The notes under the pieces: model-generated | Told to the model about the DNA's origin: nothing | Database searches by the model: none | The model's input: only the letters and a program-made list of their open reading frames with translations | Shown: positions 51,851-64,000 of the stretch, in pieces | Position numbering within the stretch: position 1 is the stretch's first letter | Layout: each line of letters begins with the position of its first letter | Made by a program: the position numbers and the translations under genes | NCBI RefSeq assembly: GCF_006345805.1 | Contig: NC_042999.1 | Coordinates: 82,274,001 to 82,338,000 of the forward strand | DNA from: Octopus sinensis | Lineage: Eukaryota | Length of the DNA: 64,000 nt | Direction: 5' to 3'

Positions 51851-53898
51851 TATTTCATAAGATTTGCCACTAGGGCAGTACAAAGAGTAGCTGCGGGCTG
51901 GACAAAACACATTAATGAATGATGGTGATGGATGAAGATGGTGATGGGAGAAAACGATAGCGCCCGCCGACTTTCGCTTCTCTAAGACATTGTTCTTTTT
52001 TTCAAATTTTGACAAAAATTCAATAAATTATTACAAATTTTAAAAGAGGCAATAAACCTCTTTTTCAGTATAATACAAAATGTTCAATAGGCCTATGTAA
52101 CCCGGCCGCCCGTCGCTCTTGCCTCACCGAGGCAATAATCGCTGGTCAGGTCGTGGTCCAAAGGTATAATTTGGAATGAGTCCATCGGGAAGGAACCCAC
52201 GATCCTGCCTAGATTACCCCTCCGCATGACCTCCGCAGCCAGCTGCGAAGGCCACCCGGGGTCCTCCGTGCAGGACCTAAGTCCCTCCCAATGTCCTCCC
52301 TTTCTCGTTTTACGCACTGTATTTTCCACTGTTCCTCCTTTGAAAAAGAGGAGCACACATTTCTCCACAAATTGTCCCTCAGGCGGCACACCCGCCCGAG
52401 AAGACTTGGGAGACGCCGTCTGCGTATCACAATCCGCCGGCGGCGTTCCGCTTCTCTTTTTTTTCTTCTTTTTGCCTTGGGCCACGGGAGGTTGAGGTTC
52501 CGGAGTTGCACACACCGAGTTCTCTTCTCCTGCAGTTTCCAGGTCTTTTGGTGGGTCGCCATTGCTCCCCACTTTTCTTTTTCTTTTGGAGGAAGTCTTT
52601 GCTTCCTCACTCTGTTTCTCTCCCTCCATTGGGGGGGAGCAGGGAGAGGCTCCGATATCAACTGCTCCAGGATCCTACTTTGGTCCCTGGGGCAGTTCTT
52701 CTTATTGTGGTCGGTCTCCAGACACAGGTGACACTTGGGGGGGGCGTCCCTCAAGCAACACCGGATACCTGTACCCGGCCATCCTCAGAAAGTCCGGCAA
52801 GACCAGACTTTTGGTTGATTGGGTCCATAGGGTCAAAGTGGCCTTTGACCCCTCCCAATCAGCCGCAGGCTGTATTTTCACATTTAGGAGCTTGGCGCTG
52901 CTACCACCCAGACCCCGGCGGATAGAGTCCTCTATCCACTCGGGTTCAATGCCGGGTGGTAGGCCGCAGATCCACGCTCTCAACAATTTTTCTCCCTTGT
53001 AGTTAGGGAGAAACAAAATCTCCTTGCCCTCAATGGGCTTGCTTGCAAAGTCGCAAGCTGCTTTAGGGGAGTAAAACAGCAACCAAACCGTTGCGTATTT
53101 GACTCCCCGTGCAATGTATTTAACGGCTGGCATATGGTCTGCCAGCTCGTTAATGATAGTTGCCTTTGGAAAGACAGCTATGGTGTTGAGTGACTTTGAA
53201 TAAGTCCTCAACACCACGGTCTTGTCCTCTAGCTCCTTCAAGTATTTTTTGGGAGGTGCTAGGTCCCACACAATAAGTTCCTTTGCCATTTTGTAACGGA
53301 ATCCAATAAAAGTTCAACAGGTGTAATAAAATAAATACGATAGACAGAGTGAGAAGAGAAAACACAACAGAAGAGAAGAATTACAATAAAAATGACAGTT
53401 CAAAAAGAGTTCTTTTTTAAATAAAAGATAGCTGGAAGGAAGAGAGTTCAAATTTGGCAAAGGAATTAATTTTTTGGCCGAAAAGTACTCCTGGCCAAAC
53501 GTCCAAAACAGTCCTTGGTTACTCTTGGTGCTTCTTGGTAAATCCAAAAAAACAGTCCTTGAATATCCTTGGTGCTTCTTGGTAAATCCAATTTGAATTA
53601 ATTTTTGAGGAGGGGCTACGCCTCCTCAAAAAACACAATTCTCACTGCAAAGTGGGTCTTTATACCCGACAACAGGCAGGAAAAAATACCTGGAGCAAAG
53701 TGAAGTTTATTACCTGCTAAAAAATATTAATGCTAAATAACATTAAATGCTAAAAACATTAAAAGCAAGCAATAAACCTCACTAAGCTCTTAAAAATATA
53801 AAACGCCTACCTGTCGTCGAGTCAAAAAGTTCAACAAAAGTTCAATAATTCACGTAGCAGCACGTGACATTTGGAGCAGCCAAAAAAACACGTCTGTC
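51851..53898 (-). mobile_element. ORF1-only non-LTR retroelement (L1/Tx1-like, HAL1-type architecture), 2048 bp, 16-17 bp TSD
   Basis: TSD TGGTAATCAAGCTACTT (51834-51850) / TGGTAAGAAGCTACTT (53899-53914); ~610 bp 5' UTR, single ORF, ~240 bp 3' UTR ending in AATAAA. Confidence 0.85.
52093..53289 (-). pseudogene. Gag-like ORF1 protein (~398 aa if two compensating homopolymer frameshifts are corrected) with a CCHC zinc knuckle
   Basis: ORFs 53289-52702, 52754-52209 and 52629-52093 join at G8 (52737-52744) and G7 (52631-52637); CHLCLETDHNKKNC = CX2CX4HX4C. Confidence 0.82.
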
Positions 53899-54826
53899 TG
53901 GTAAGAAGCTACTTACCACACAGCCACTCCTATATGTAAAGAAAGTGAGATGATCATGGATTGCTTGCCTTTTAATTTTGATCCTGCTGAAAACTGATCT
54001 TGGTCTAAATAACAACAAAACTGATGGCAAGTTTGCGTATTCATATGGTTTCGCTGTGAAATGGTCTGAATTGTACTCGTCGCTACATTTGCATTGAAAA
54101 TGTTCTTTGAGCAAGCTATGCATCTCATTTGTATGGGAGCGTCTTCAAACAATAGGTACATTTCTTCTCTGTATTAACACATACAGAAAGGCTGAAAATA
54201 TAAGAGCAAAGTGTGTGACACTGATATTGCTGCTGTTGTTATTGATATTGCAGTTTTGTTGTTGATTTTGTTTTGTTGTTGTTTTTTTTCAGTTCATGAC
54301 ATACTTAATTGAGCAGACACAAACGTTTGCCAGCTATGAGGAACTTTATATATTTTTCAAAGCGATGTATTAAGATTGCATTAACCAATACGTGGAAATG
54401 TGGTTGGATGGTCTTTTTAGCTGCTAAAACTACTACTTAGAGGCAACCTAGATGGGTTGGATATTTTAGCGATAGTTCTAAAGCGAACAATAATTATAAG
54501 AAAATATAATTCAAAAGGCACAATATCTTGTTCGAAAACTACATATAGCATATTTCTGTATCAGTGAGAGAAGCTGCTTCGTATTTATTCATACACCCAT
54601 ATTCGTGCACACATGCACACACACCCTTATAAGTAAATAAATATATATATATATATAAATCTATGTCTGTATGTATGTGTGTATGTATGTATGTATGTAT
54701 GTATGTATGTATGTATGTATGTATGTATGTATGTATGTATGTGCGTATGTATGCATACGTGTACAAATATATTTATATGAATATATATATATATAATATA
54801 AATGCTTATGTCTGTATATATGTATG

Positions 54827-54860
<34 letters not shown>

Positions 54861-54871
54861 ATATATATATA

Positions 54872-54939
<68 letters not shown>

Positions 54940-55071
54940 CAGTAAAACAAGACTCTCCCCATACATACAAAGTCTCCATGTGTGAGATCGAACCAACATC
55001 TGTCGTGTTATAGAATAATTGTACCATGTGCGAAGTATCATCTCTCGTTAACTGACAATGTCTATTCATAG

Positions 55072-55118
55072 AATACGACGGCGACGAACCACTTCTTGGG
55101 TTAATAGCCGGAATCTGA
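55072..55118 (+). other. Candidate terminal exon start (xYDGDEPLLGLIAGI*) followed by ~1.5 kb of repeat-poor DNA
   Basis: Branch-like CTGAC at ~55052, acceptor tctattcatAG, locally CpG-rich, AATAAA at ~55702. Confidence 0.2.
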
Positions 55119-57285
55119 ATGAGGTTAATGACGTCCTTGCCATTAACGGTGCTCTTGTAGCATTCACTCTCCACTTCCTTTTCCTTTGCCTGTACACATC
55201 TGTTTCGTTTCATTTTATATGATAAGCCTATGTCTGTTAACTGTATACAACTTTAAGGAGCTGAAATTTAATTGAAATTCATTATTGATATAGATATAAT
55301 TGTCCGGATATAGTTGGTATAAATATTGAAACAGTAGAATATTGAAATAATCAGTTGACAGAAAGGACATTTCGCATACATATACAAATAAATTAAATTT
55401 CATTTTCTTCATACAGGAAACACTTCTAGGCATGTTCTGCTGTTATTAAACTTCCTCAATGAGCACACGTTTAACTGTACTTCCCAAACAAATAATAGAA
55501 TGTCACTGTGCCTGAATGATTAAACTAATAACATTATTAATAATGTTCTTTATTTATCACTAAATTTCTCTAATTAACTTAATCTTGTAAGCCGAGTATA
55601 TTTGTTTCCTTCATTCACCAACAACGTCACATTCGTTTCTTTACTGTATTGGTACTTCGACGACGGTAAGGTCGCATTTGCTACATTCTTTTGACACTCG
55701 AAATAAAACAGGAGTCATTACCTTATTCAATACTAGTGGAAAAAATCCCAATACGTCGGAAGTTTATTTGAGCGTTTTTTTGTTGGCATCCAAATAGATA
55801 TTCTTATAGTATAAATTGAAATATGTGAAGTTGAATGGGATGCAACAATTTTAGAATTACAGGCAACACAAGAACAACACGAAGTTATAGATTCAAACAC
55901 ACTTCAACATGATAAATATTCGGCCTCTTCGTTGACACAAACACTCTTCAGTGGAATCTTTATGATCCTCAACGATAGTGAATATTACTCTTCAAACTAG
56001 TTTCCAATATTTCTGCATTTTGGTGGTGTTTTTTATCTTTTGAAACTCACCAAAAACGAACATATTTATCATGTCTACATAACAAATATGCCAGTAAGCC
56101 CACTACCGTTTTTTTCTCTCTTCTTCCTTCTAGAAACGCTGCTATTGCAGAAGCGGTAGGAACATCAGAATTTATTGCAAAATATCAAACTGACCAAATG
56201 GAAATACTACTTTTCACAGAATGATATGCGATTTGTGCATATACCGTGTATTCAGACAATCAGGAGTACCTACATCTTTTTAGTTAAATATGGCTCAATT
56301 AGCATTCATTGGCCATATACAACGTCTGTGTTATAGATTCCCACTAGGACAAAGGACGCTATTTTCTCAGTGGCGCCTGACAGTCTAGTTGACATAGTGA
56401 AACGCTTCGCCTTGAACTCTCCATTTTGTATACATTAACTCTATTTGAAGCCAGGGACTGATTGTCATTTGTTCCACTTAGGGCGAAATATAACAACGTA
56501 TTGCGATAAAATTCAAGACTGGTTCTTCAGTTTCCCTTTACAACTTCCAAGGATATTACATTTCTTTGACATACATTCTCAACAAATATAAATCATATTA
56601 TGCCTAAGTTGCATTGAGGAGACACGTATACATTGTAACGTATATCTACAGTACTACAGATAAGGAGTAAAAAGATGTCCACGTAAAATCTTGAACACAG
56701 ACTAAAATATACATATACAGTCATATATAAATACATCCGTACATACATATATGCATATAATATCTATATATACATGTAATTTAGCTGGTTTAGCTGTCCA
56801 ATATTTCTCCACAAAGTGTATGTATTGGACAGTCTCAGATAATATGATATATTGTAGTTACAGTATTATTTCTTATCCGCACATTTTTCATTCATTTTAT
56901 TTTCGAACAGCAAGTCTCAAGTGAAGTTCAAGCAAAGAGTTATAAATTTTATGCGTACATTTTCTGTTCCTCATCTGTTGAAGCACGCTACGATTCATAT
57001 AGATGTGAGTGTGTGTATGTATATATATACACACACACGTGTGTGTACATTTGTGTGTGCGAATGTGTATGTATGGACTGAGGCACGGACGTACAAGGAC
57101 TAATTGGTAAAATAGATATACAAGTAAAACGGAAATGTGCTGACAAGTAGAAAGAATAGAGTAATATAACATACAAGCAAACACACACAAACATACACAC
57201 ACAATTACACTTAAATGTGCGTGAATAAATGTGTGTGCCTTTATGAATATGTATATATGTTTATGCGTATATATATATATGGGTG

Positions 57286-57392
<107 letters not shown>

Positions 57393-57573
57393 ATATATAT
57401 ATATAATATATATATATATTCCACAAAGTACGGAAATAAAGACGCACCGAATAATAGCGAGAAAGAAACAATTTAGAATTTTTTGTCTGAAGCAGGGGGA
57501 AAGGGCAAGAAGTGTAAACGTAAAAGAGGAAACAAAATGAGGACAGAATACATATACACATTTGTTCGTGTGA

Positions 57574-57613
<40 letters not shown>

Positions 57614-58052
57614 GTTTGTCTTCGTAGATGTGTGTACGTTAAATACAACGAGGCAATTTACTTTTACTACTTCATTCGCTTCTGCTTTGTATCACCTTTA
57701 AATAATGCTCTTGTCTTTTTAAATTCATGTCATTACTCTTGTATACTTGCATACAATTTCAGAATTCAAGAGAAGAAAATGTTCCATAAAAAAAGATAAT
57801 GACGAAAAATTTTGTAATGACAATGGAAGTGGGATGATTTCAAATACCAAACATTTCATAAAAATATTACAATCTATTGCAGTGTTTTTGCGACATCTAG
57901 AATTTTGAAACTATGCAAATATATATATATATATCTGTACAAGGATACAAATCGCCGCTCCATCTAGGTATTGAACCAACGTCCTTACTATTATAAAATC
58001 TTTCACGAAATACATGCATATGACTCTATATTAATGTGTGTGTGTGTTTATA

Positions 58053-58275
58053 CAGGAGGAGATACTGAAAAGTTCCTGGCTATAGGGTAAAGAAAACCAG
58101 GAGGATCAGTTAATCATGATTTTATTCACCATATTCCCCTCTCAGATTCACATACATATTGCAATGGTCCTACACTTTTACTAAGACCTTAAAAAAAAAC
58201 AAGACTCGGAAGGCTGGGCCTGCAACCAGGCCTTTCGCAAGACCCTTCATGCCAGTAACTTTTCAGCACTCCTCC
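58053..58275. mobile_element. Mariner-derived MITE
   Basis: TIRs GAGGAGATACTGAAAAGTTCCTGGC / GCCAGTAACTTTTCAGCACTCCTC; TA on the left. Confidence 0.8.
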
Positions 58276-58779
58276 TTCTTAGATATATACGTATGTGTGT
58301 ATGTGTGCGGGTATGTGTGTATATATATATGTGTATGTATGATTGTGCATGTGTATTGCTTAAAAAGGGAATCGGTTTCATTTCTCGATAGATACTGATG
58401 GAGAAAATTTTCAGATTTCTTATTATTTACTCTACACACTAGAGAAACACACGAAACACACAAGTTTAAATGTCGGCGGTTTCTTTAATTTCTTTCATAC
58501 TAATATATTTCTATAATTGTTGCATTGAGCATGGAGAGAGAAATAGAAAATTTAAATTCATTAAACATGAACCGCATGGAAACGAAAAGGAAATCTACTT
58601 TATGAAAAAGCGTTAGTTTGCGGTGATGTCTTAAATCGCCTTATAAGCCTTAACTATATTAAAGTAGACAATTGATTGGGATTTTAATTTCCTCGCAGTA
58701 ACATCCTGTCACATAACTGGGTATAATTTAATGGTAACCATGACAAAATTACTTAAGCAATATTGTAAATTTTATATGA

Positions 58780-59590
58780 CCGATCTGGCAGAAACGTTAG
58801 CAAACCGGGCGAAATTAAGTACCAGTTGCGTAATCGGCTAGCTCCCTCCCAAAAAATTCGAGCATTGTGCCTGGAGTAGTAAAGTATATTGTAATCTTAT
58901 GAGTTCAAATTCCTTTGCCTTTCATCCTTTCGGGGTCGATACATTAAGTAGCAGTTGCCTACTGGCCTTGTGCCTAGAGTAGAAACGAATATTCTTTCCT
59001 CCACTAGGCACAAGGCCCGAAAATTTGGGAGAGGGTGCCAGTCAATTAGATCGATTCCAGTACGCACTTGTACTTGACTTATCGAGCCCCAAAGGGGGAA
59101 AGACAAATTTGACCTCGGCGGAATTTGACCTCAGAACGTAGACAGATGAAATACCTACAAGAATTTCTCCCGGTGTGCAAACGTTTCTTCTTTCTTTACT
59201 GTCCACAAGGAGCTAAACATAGAGGGGACAAACAAGTACAGACAAACGAATTCAGTCGATTACATCTGTGCGTAACTGGTACTTAATTTATCGACCCCGA
59301 AAGGATGAATGGCAAAGTCGACTTCGGTGGAATTTGAACTCAGAACGTAACGGCAGACGAAAAACTTATTTCTTTACTACACACAAGGGGTTAAACACAG
59401 AGAGGACAAACAAGGACAGACAAACGGATTAAGTGGATTATATCGACCCCAGTGCGTAACTGGTAGTTATTTAATCGACCCCGAAAGAATGAAAGGCTAA
59501 GTCGACCTCGGCGGAATTTGAACACAGAACGTAAATAGCGCCAAGCATTTCGCCCGGCGTGCTAACGCTTCTGCCAGCTCGCCGCCTTGG
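58780..59590. mobile_element. Cluster of five SINE family A units: two plus-strand partials (58780-58990), then three head-to-tail minus units (58993-59590)
   Basis: Recurrent ATCGACCCCGAAAG.ATGAA.GGC.AAGTCGAC.TCGG.GGAATTTGAAC.CAGAACGTA with ~180 bp spacing. Confidence 0.9.
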
Positions 59591-59866
59591 AGTAGAAAAA
59601 AATACTCTAAGTCTTATGACTCTGGAGGAAGACCTAATTCTATCAATTTTTCATGTTTCATTTGTTGCTCTTTCTTTCTAAAATCGTTATCGATGAATCT
59701 GAATGAATTGTTTCAAATCAACTTGCTATGTGCATTCACTTTGTTATCTGCGTTCTGCAATGCGGCAATTGCCACCAAAGCAGTGATATCACCGTTAAAT
59801 CCACACGAGCCAATAAAAAGAGAAGTTGCTATAGGAGGCGCTAGACCTAACTAAGCTATATTTATA

Positions 59867-60078
59867 TTGGTTTCAAATGTTGGCACAATGCCTGCAGACC
59901 TGGGGGAGTGAATAAGTCGCTTACATCGACCCCCTGGGTTCAAACTGGTTCTTATTTGTTCGATCCCGAAAAGATGAAAGGCAAAGTCGACGTGTGTGGA
60001 ATTTGACCTCAGACAGACGAAATACCGCTAAGCATATTTGCCCAGCGTGCTAACGATTCTGCCTGCTCGCTACCTTAA
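59867..60078 (-). mobile_element. SINE family A, full length, with apparent TSD TAAGCTATATTTAT
   Basis: Family motifs; TAAGCTATATTTAT at ~59852 and ~60076. Confidence 0.88.
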
Positions 60079-61141
60079 GCTATATTTATTCTAGCATTTC
60101 AATTAATTCTTTGAAACAGTACAAACATTTTGTAAGTTGCATAATTAACATTTTGGCGTAGATGCTTAATTTCGTATTTAATTATGTCAAAGAAAGACAA
60201 CGTATTCATATTAATTGGCTATAGTGGGATAAAGATACAGAACAAACTCAGTGAAAAACATTTGAACTATAGATACAATAGTCTGCACATTAGACGCCCC
60301 AATTAAGTCAGCTTGGTGTTGCTTTATTATCCACTATATATCTAGTCAAATATATATTTATAATTACGACTTATTTTAGTTTTTTTTAATGCTGTAAATG
60401 TGCAGCGGTGTAAGCTGGTAGAGTTAATCGAATTCTGTATATCACTGGGACTTTTTAAACTCAAGTCAAACAGAGATTGAACTAAACACAAAGAAAATTT
60501 AGTTCGATAATGATCTACTGTTTCTGCCTTTTCACTGTCTTCCTAAACTACAAAGAAATATCACAAGATATATAAAGCAACTGAACTAACCGAACATAAT
60601 TCTATAATACCATTTTAATCTCACGCAATACGGTTTTTTCCTTTCATGTCAAAACGAAATTTTCGAAAAAATAGGACACAAGAATAAAATTGAAATTCAT
60701 TTTATTTTACTATGATGAAATTTTTCTCCATGTTTCGAATAAAATGATTGCCTCTCTGCCAAAAATAGAAGAAAATACTTTACATTTCACTGGTCTTTTT
60801 GAAAGAAACAATTTCAAGTCTATTTTTTCTGCCCCGTTGATTACCTTAACTAATCAGATCATACTCTACTACACACCAGGAGACAAATACACAAAAGACA
60901 AATATCTTTTTCAAAGTCGAACGGTTCAGAAAGAAAAAAAAAAGTAATAAATAAATGAAAGAAGTTAGGGCATTATTTTTAGTTGTTTATTTACCAACGG
61001 TGAGGAAATATAAATCTGAAGGGAAAAAAATATGTCGCCAGGAGCTGGTGCGACATCGTTCACTGATGCAATTTGAATTTCCGGGGAATATATATGTATT
61101 CGTGTATATGCGGTTGCTTGCATATATGTGTGTCTGTATAC

Positions 61142-61192
<51 letters not shown>

Positions 61193-61247
61193 CATATATA
61201 TGTATATATATCGGTGTGAGTGTATATGCATTATATATGTATGCATG

Positions 61248-61305
<58 letters not shown>

Positions 61306-62904
61306 GCGTGTGAGTGTGTGTGTGTGTCTGTGTGTGTGTGTATATGCATTATACAACTATATATATATATATATATTATATATATATATATATATGTATG
61401 TCTCTGTGTGTGTGTATATGCATTATATATGTATGTTTGTGTATATATATATAGGCACAAACACGCCCACACATCAGGGCATGATATATTTACACCGATA
61501 AGAAAAGTTATTACACTCTTACACGCGTTCGTTCAAATATGCTTATATTTTTCATGTAGTTTCTTTCATTAGACATTAACCCACGCATCACTTTATACTT
61601 TATATGCAATACAAAATAATTGTTCTGCACACTCACAAACACACATTCATAAACACAAAAACACATATATATGTATGTGTGTGGACATATTTATATGAAC
61701 TTTGTATAAGGATTCTACTGAAGTAAATACGTTATATGTTTCCATTCTTTTATATTTAAAGATAGAGATTCTGAAATGTATATGTATGTGTGAACGCAAG
61801 CGTGTGTTTTAGTGTGTGTGTGCTCGTATGCGTACGCACATGTTTTCAGCGTTAGGCAGTCGCTGTTCTAAAATTCAATATAACAACATTAATAAGCAGA
61901 AAAATAGACTATATTTAGTTTATATAAGAAATGAGAAATTCAAAAGTTAATAATAATCTAGTCCACTTCATTTTTACCTTTACTTTTCGAGGACCAAAAC
62001 AGTGCTTTAAAATGCACCAAGTTGTGCAGAAGACATCTAACTAAATTCCTTAGAATAAATCTGCTGAATATTAAATCTAATTTTGAAGAAATCTTATAAC
62101 ATATGAAACTTTTTTTATGAGAGTATTTTATTTACTTTTGTGACTAAAAAACGTCTAGCATATTTACAAAAGAAGCAACAGTATACGATAAAACTTTGAT
62201 TTTTCGTTTCAATTTCACTACTGCCTATCAATATGAAACTTCTCCAAACGAAAGAGATATTGAGAAAAATTGACAAGTTGAATTAAAGAAATAGATGGTA
62301 TTTTTGCCGTTTATTTTTTTCCTGTTTTTCTATTTAATATTCCTGTGAATATAGATATTTGGATTGTTTTAAATTCATTGGAAGACCTGAACTCCATAGT
62401 TCAGTATTTTTTTTTCGTCTTTACCGACAGTGTCAATACTGTTTATCACTCGTTAGCAGATTCACTTAAAGAAATATCAAATAGTTGATGATATATATTT
62501 ACAGTTTTCGTTTGAGTCAAAATAAATTCATGTATTTTCTTGATAAAAGAAGGGAAGGAACGGAGAAATTGGATGTTGTAACGTTCATGCTTGCTTTCTA
62601 ACAATAGAAAGCAACTAAATATTTGCAATGAGCATTAAAATTAAAACTACTCACTACAGTTGTCTGAAGCTAACTTTTATTCTACGGTTCTTGAGCTCAT
62701 TGCAACAAATTTTAACTGACATTTGCCAGATTCTTTGCATGAAAACTAGTAAATATTTTTTGAAAAATCAGTACATGTAAAAGTAACCAGCAAAATTTCA
62801 TCGATGTCTATCACTATGAAAATCCTAGCATCGTATTTGCAGCTTGCCCGAAGCCTAACGCATGTTTTATAACACTTATCAATATAAATTTAATATATCC
62901 TTTT

Positions 62905-63112
62905 TACTAAAGGCACAACGCCTGAAATTTGGAGGAAGGAGACTAGCTGAGGTCATCGATTCCAGTGTTTCACTGGTACTTAATTTGACAACCCCGAAAG
63001 GATGAAAGGCGAAGTCAACCTCGGCGGAGTTTGAACTCAGAAAGTAGAGACGGGCGAAATACCGCTAAGCATCTTGTCCAGCGTGCTCACGATCCTGCCA
63101 GCTCACTGCCTT
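62905..63112 (-). mobile_element. SINE family A, full length
   Basis: ACCCCGAAAGGATGAAAGGCGAAGTCAACCTCGGCGGAGTTTGAACTCAGAA..CTGCCAGCTCACTGCCTT. Confidence 0.9.
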
Positions 63113-63784
63113 GAATAAATTCAGTATATGCTATAACGCAAATATAGACGGCATCACGAAGTTCAACAATTTCTAATGTAAATCAAATTCTTAGATAAAA
63201 TATTCTTGGATTCAACTAAGAGTGGAAATCGGGATATAATTAATGGATTTAATTCTAAACGGTTTTTATTTCATAAATTTAAAATGAAATGGCGTTAAAA
63301 ACCTACCACACACAGAGAGACACGTATACAAAAACGTACAGCTATTTGCTAGTCAAATCGCTGCAATATATGTTTGACACAAGCCACATAACAGTAGGAC
63401 AGTGCTAATGTTTGTGATAAGATATTTTATGCATGGAACTGAAAAATGTAAAGTGATCGAAACATATGCAACATGTTTCCTGTTCCTGCTGCAAGAATAA
63501 AATGTGATATTGGCCATTTCATCACAGTATATAATTTTTGTAGTTATCTTCTACTAATTTGATAACTCAGGCCCTATGTAATACTCTTGAACACCACTGG
63601 TTAATCTTGTTACATTAAGTATTTTACATCTCTCCCGAGATATAACATTTTGTTCAGCGGGTTTTGAACTCATAACTCAATAGGAATGACCTCCAATTTT
63701 AAAAGAAATTTTGCTGGATACTCTACTCATTCTCCAAATCTCCAGACAGTTTTAATTTTATATCTGTTCGGAAGCTCAAATCGG

Positions 63785-63882
63785 CAGTGTGGTTAAGATG
63801 GTCGTTTCTTAACTATGAGGTTTTGAGTTTTATTCCACTGTGTAGGCATCCCTTTGTCAAAGTGAGGACCAAAGCTTTGTGG
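63785..63882 (+). mobile_element. Degraded SINE family B head
   Basis: GTGTGGTTAAGA..TCCACTGTGTAGGCATC..GACCAAAGCTTTGTG. Confidence 0.5.
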
Positions 63883-64000
63883 GCCTCTCAAAGGTAAATG
63901 TCATATTGACAAGTAGAGATAATCTCTCACCCGAACTTACACCACTGCCTGACCTGTGGGTGGAGCCCAATCTATTGATAACATCTATACAAATGAGCAT

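Noticed and set aside
52226-53002. Four plus-strand ORFs of 89-146 aa
   Set aside because: Antisense shadows of the GC-rich ORF1 on the minus strand.
58993-59590. CRISPR-like regularly spaced repeats
   Set aside because: Units are whole SINE bodies without unique spacers; eukaryotic context and no cas genes.

Overview
AT-rich eukaryotic (animal) genomic DNA, saturated with (TA)n/(CA)n/(TACA)n/(GATA)n/(AAT)n microsatellites and decayed transposons. The repeat make-up suggests an octopus/coleoid cephalopod, which is an inference and not verified. Almost all ORFs in the supplied track are microsatellite artefacts. Supported content: (1) a ~3.2 kb R4/Dong-type RLE LINE and three smaller RLE fragments; (2) CR1/L2-group and RTE LINE 3' ends; (3) a complete-ended Tc1, a truncated maT-like transposon and a mariner MITE; (4) a non-autonomous Helitron; (5) at least three tRNA-derived SINE families; (6) Penelope-like elements (PLEs) with five minimal hammerhead-ribozyme motifs. 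Standout 1: a Penelope pLTR with a tRNA-like Pol III head, a variable microsatellite and a hammerhead in series, also found as a free SINE-like copy. Standout 2: a TSD-bounded 2.05 kb ORF1-only (HAL1-like) retroelement inserted in a SINE tRNA head. Standout 3: repair and rearrangement scars (templated insertion, fold-back, palindrome-bearing 854 bp tandem duplication). A weakly supported minus-strand multi-exon host gene may span roughly 32.4 kb to 1.3 kb.
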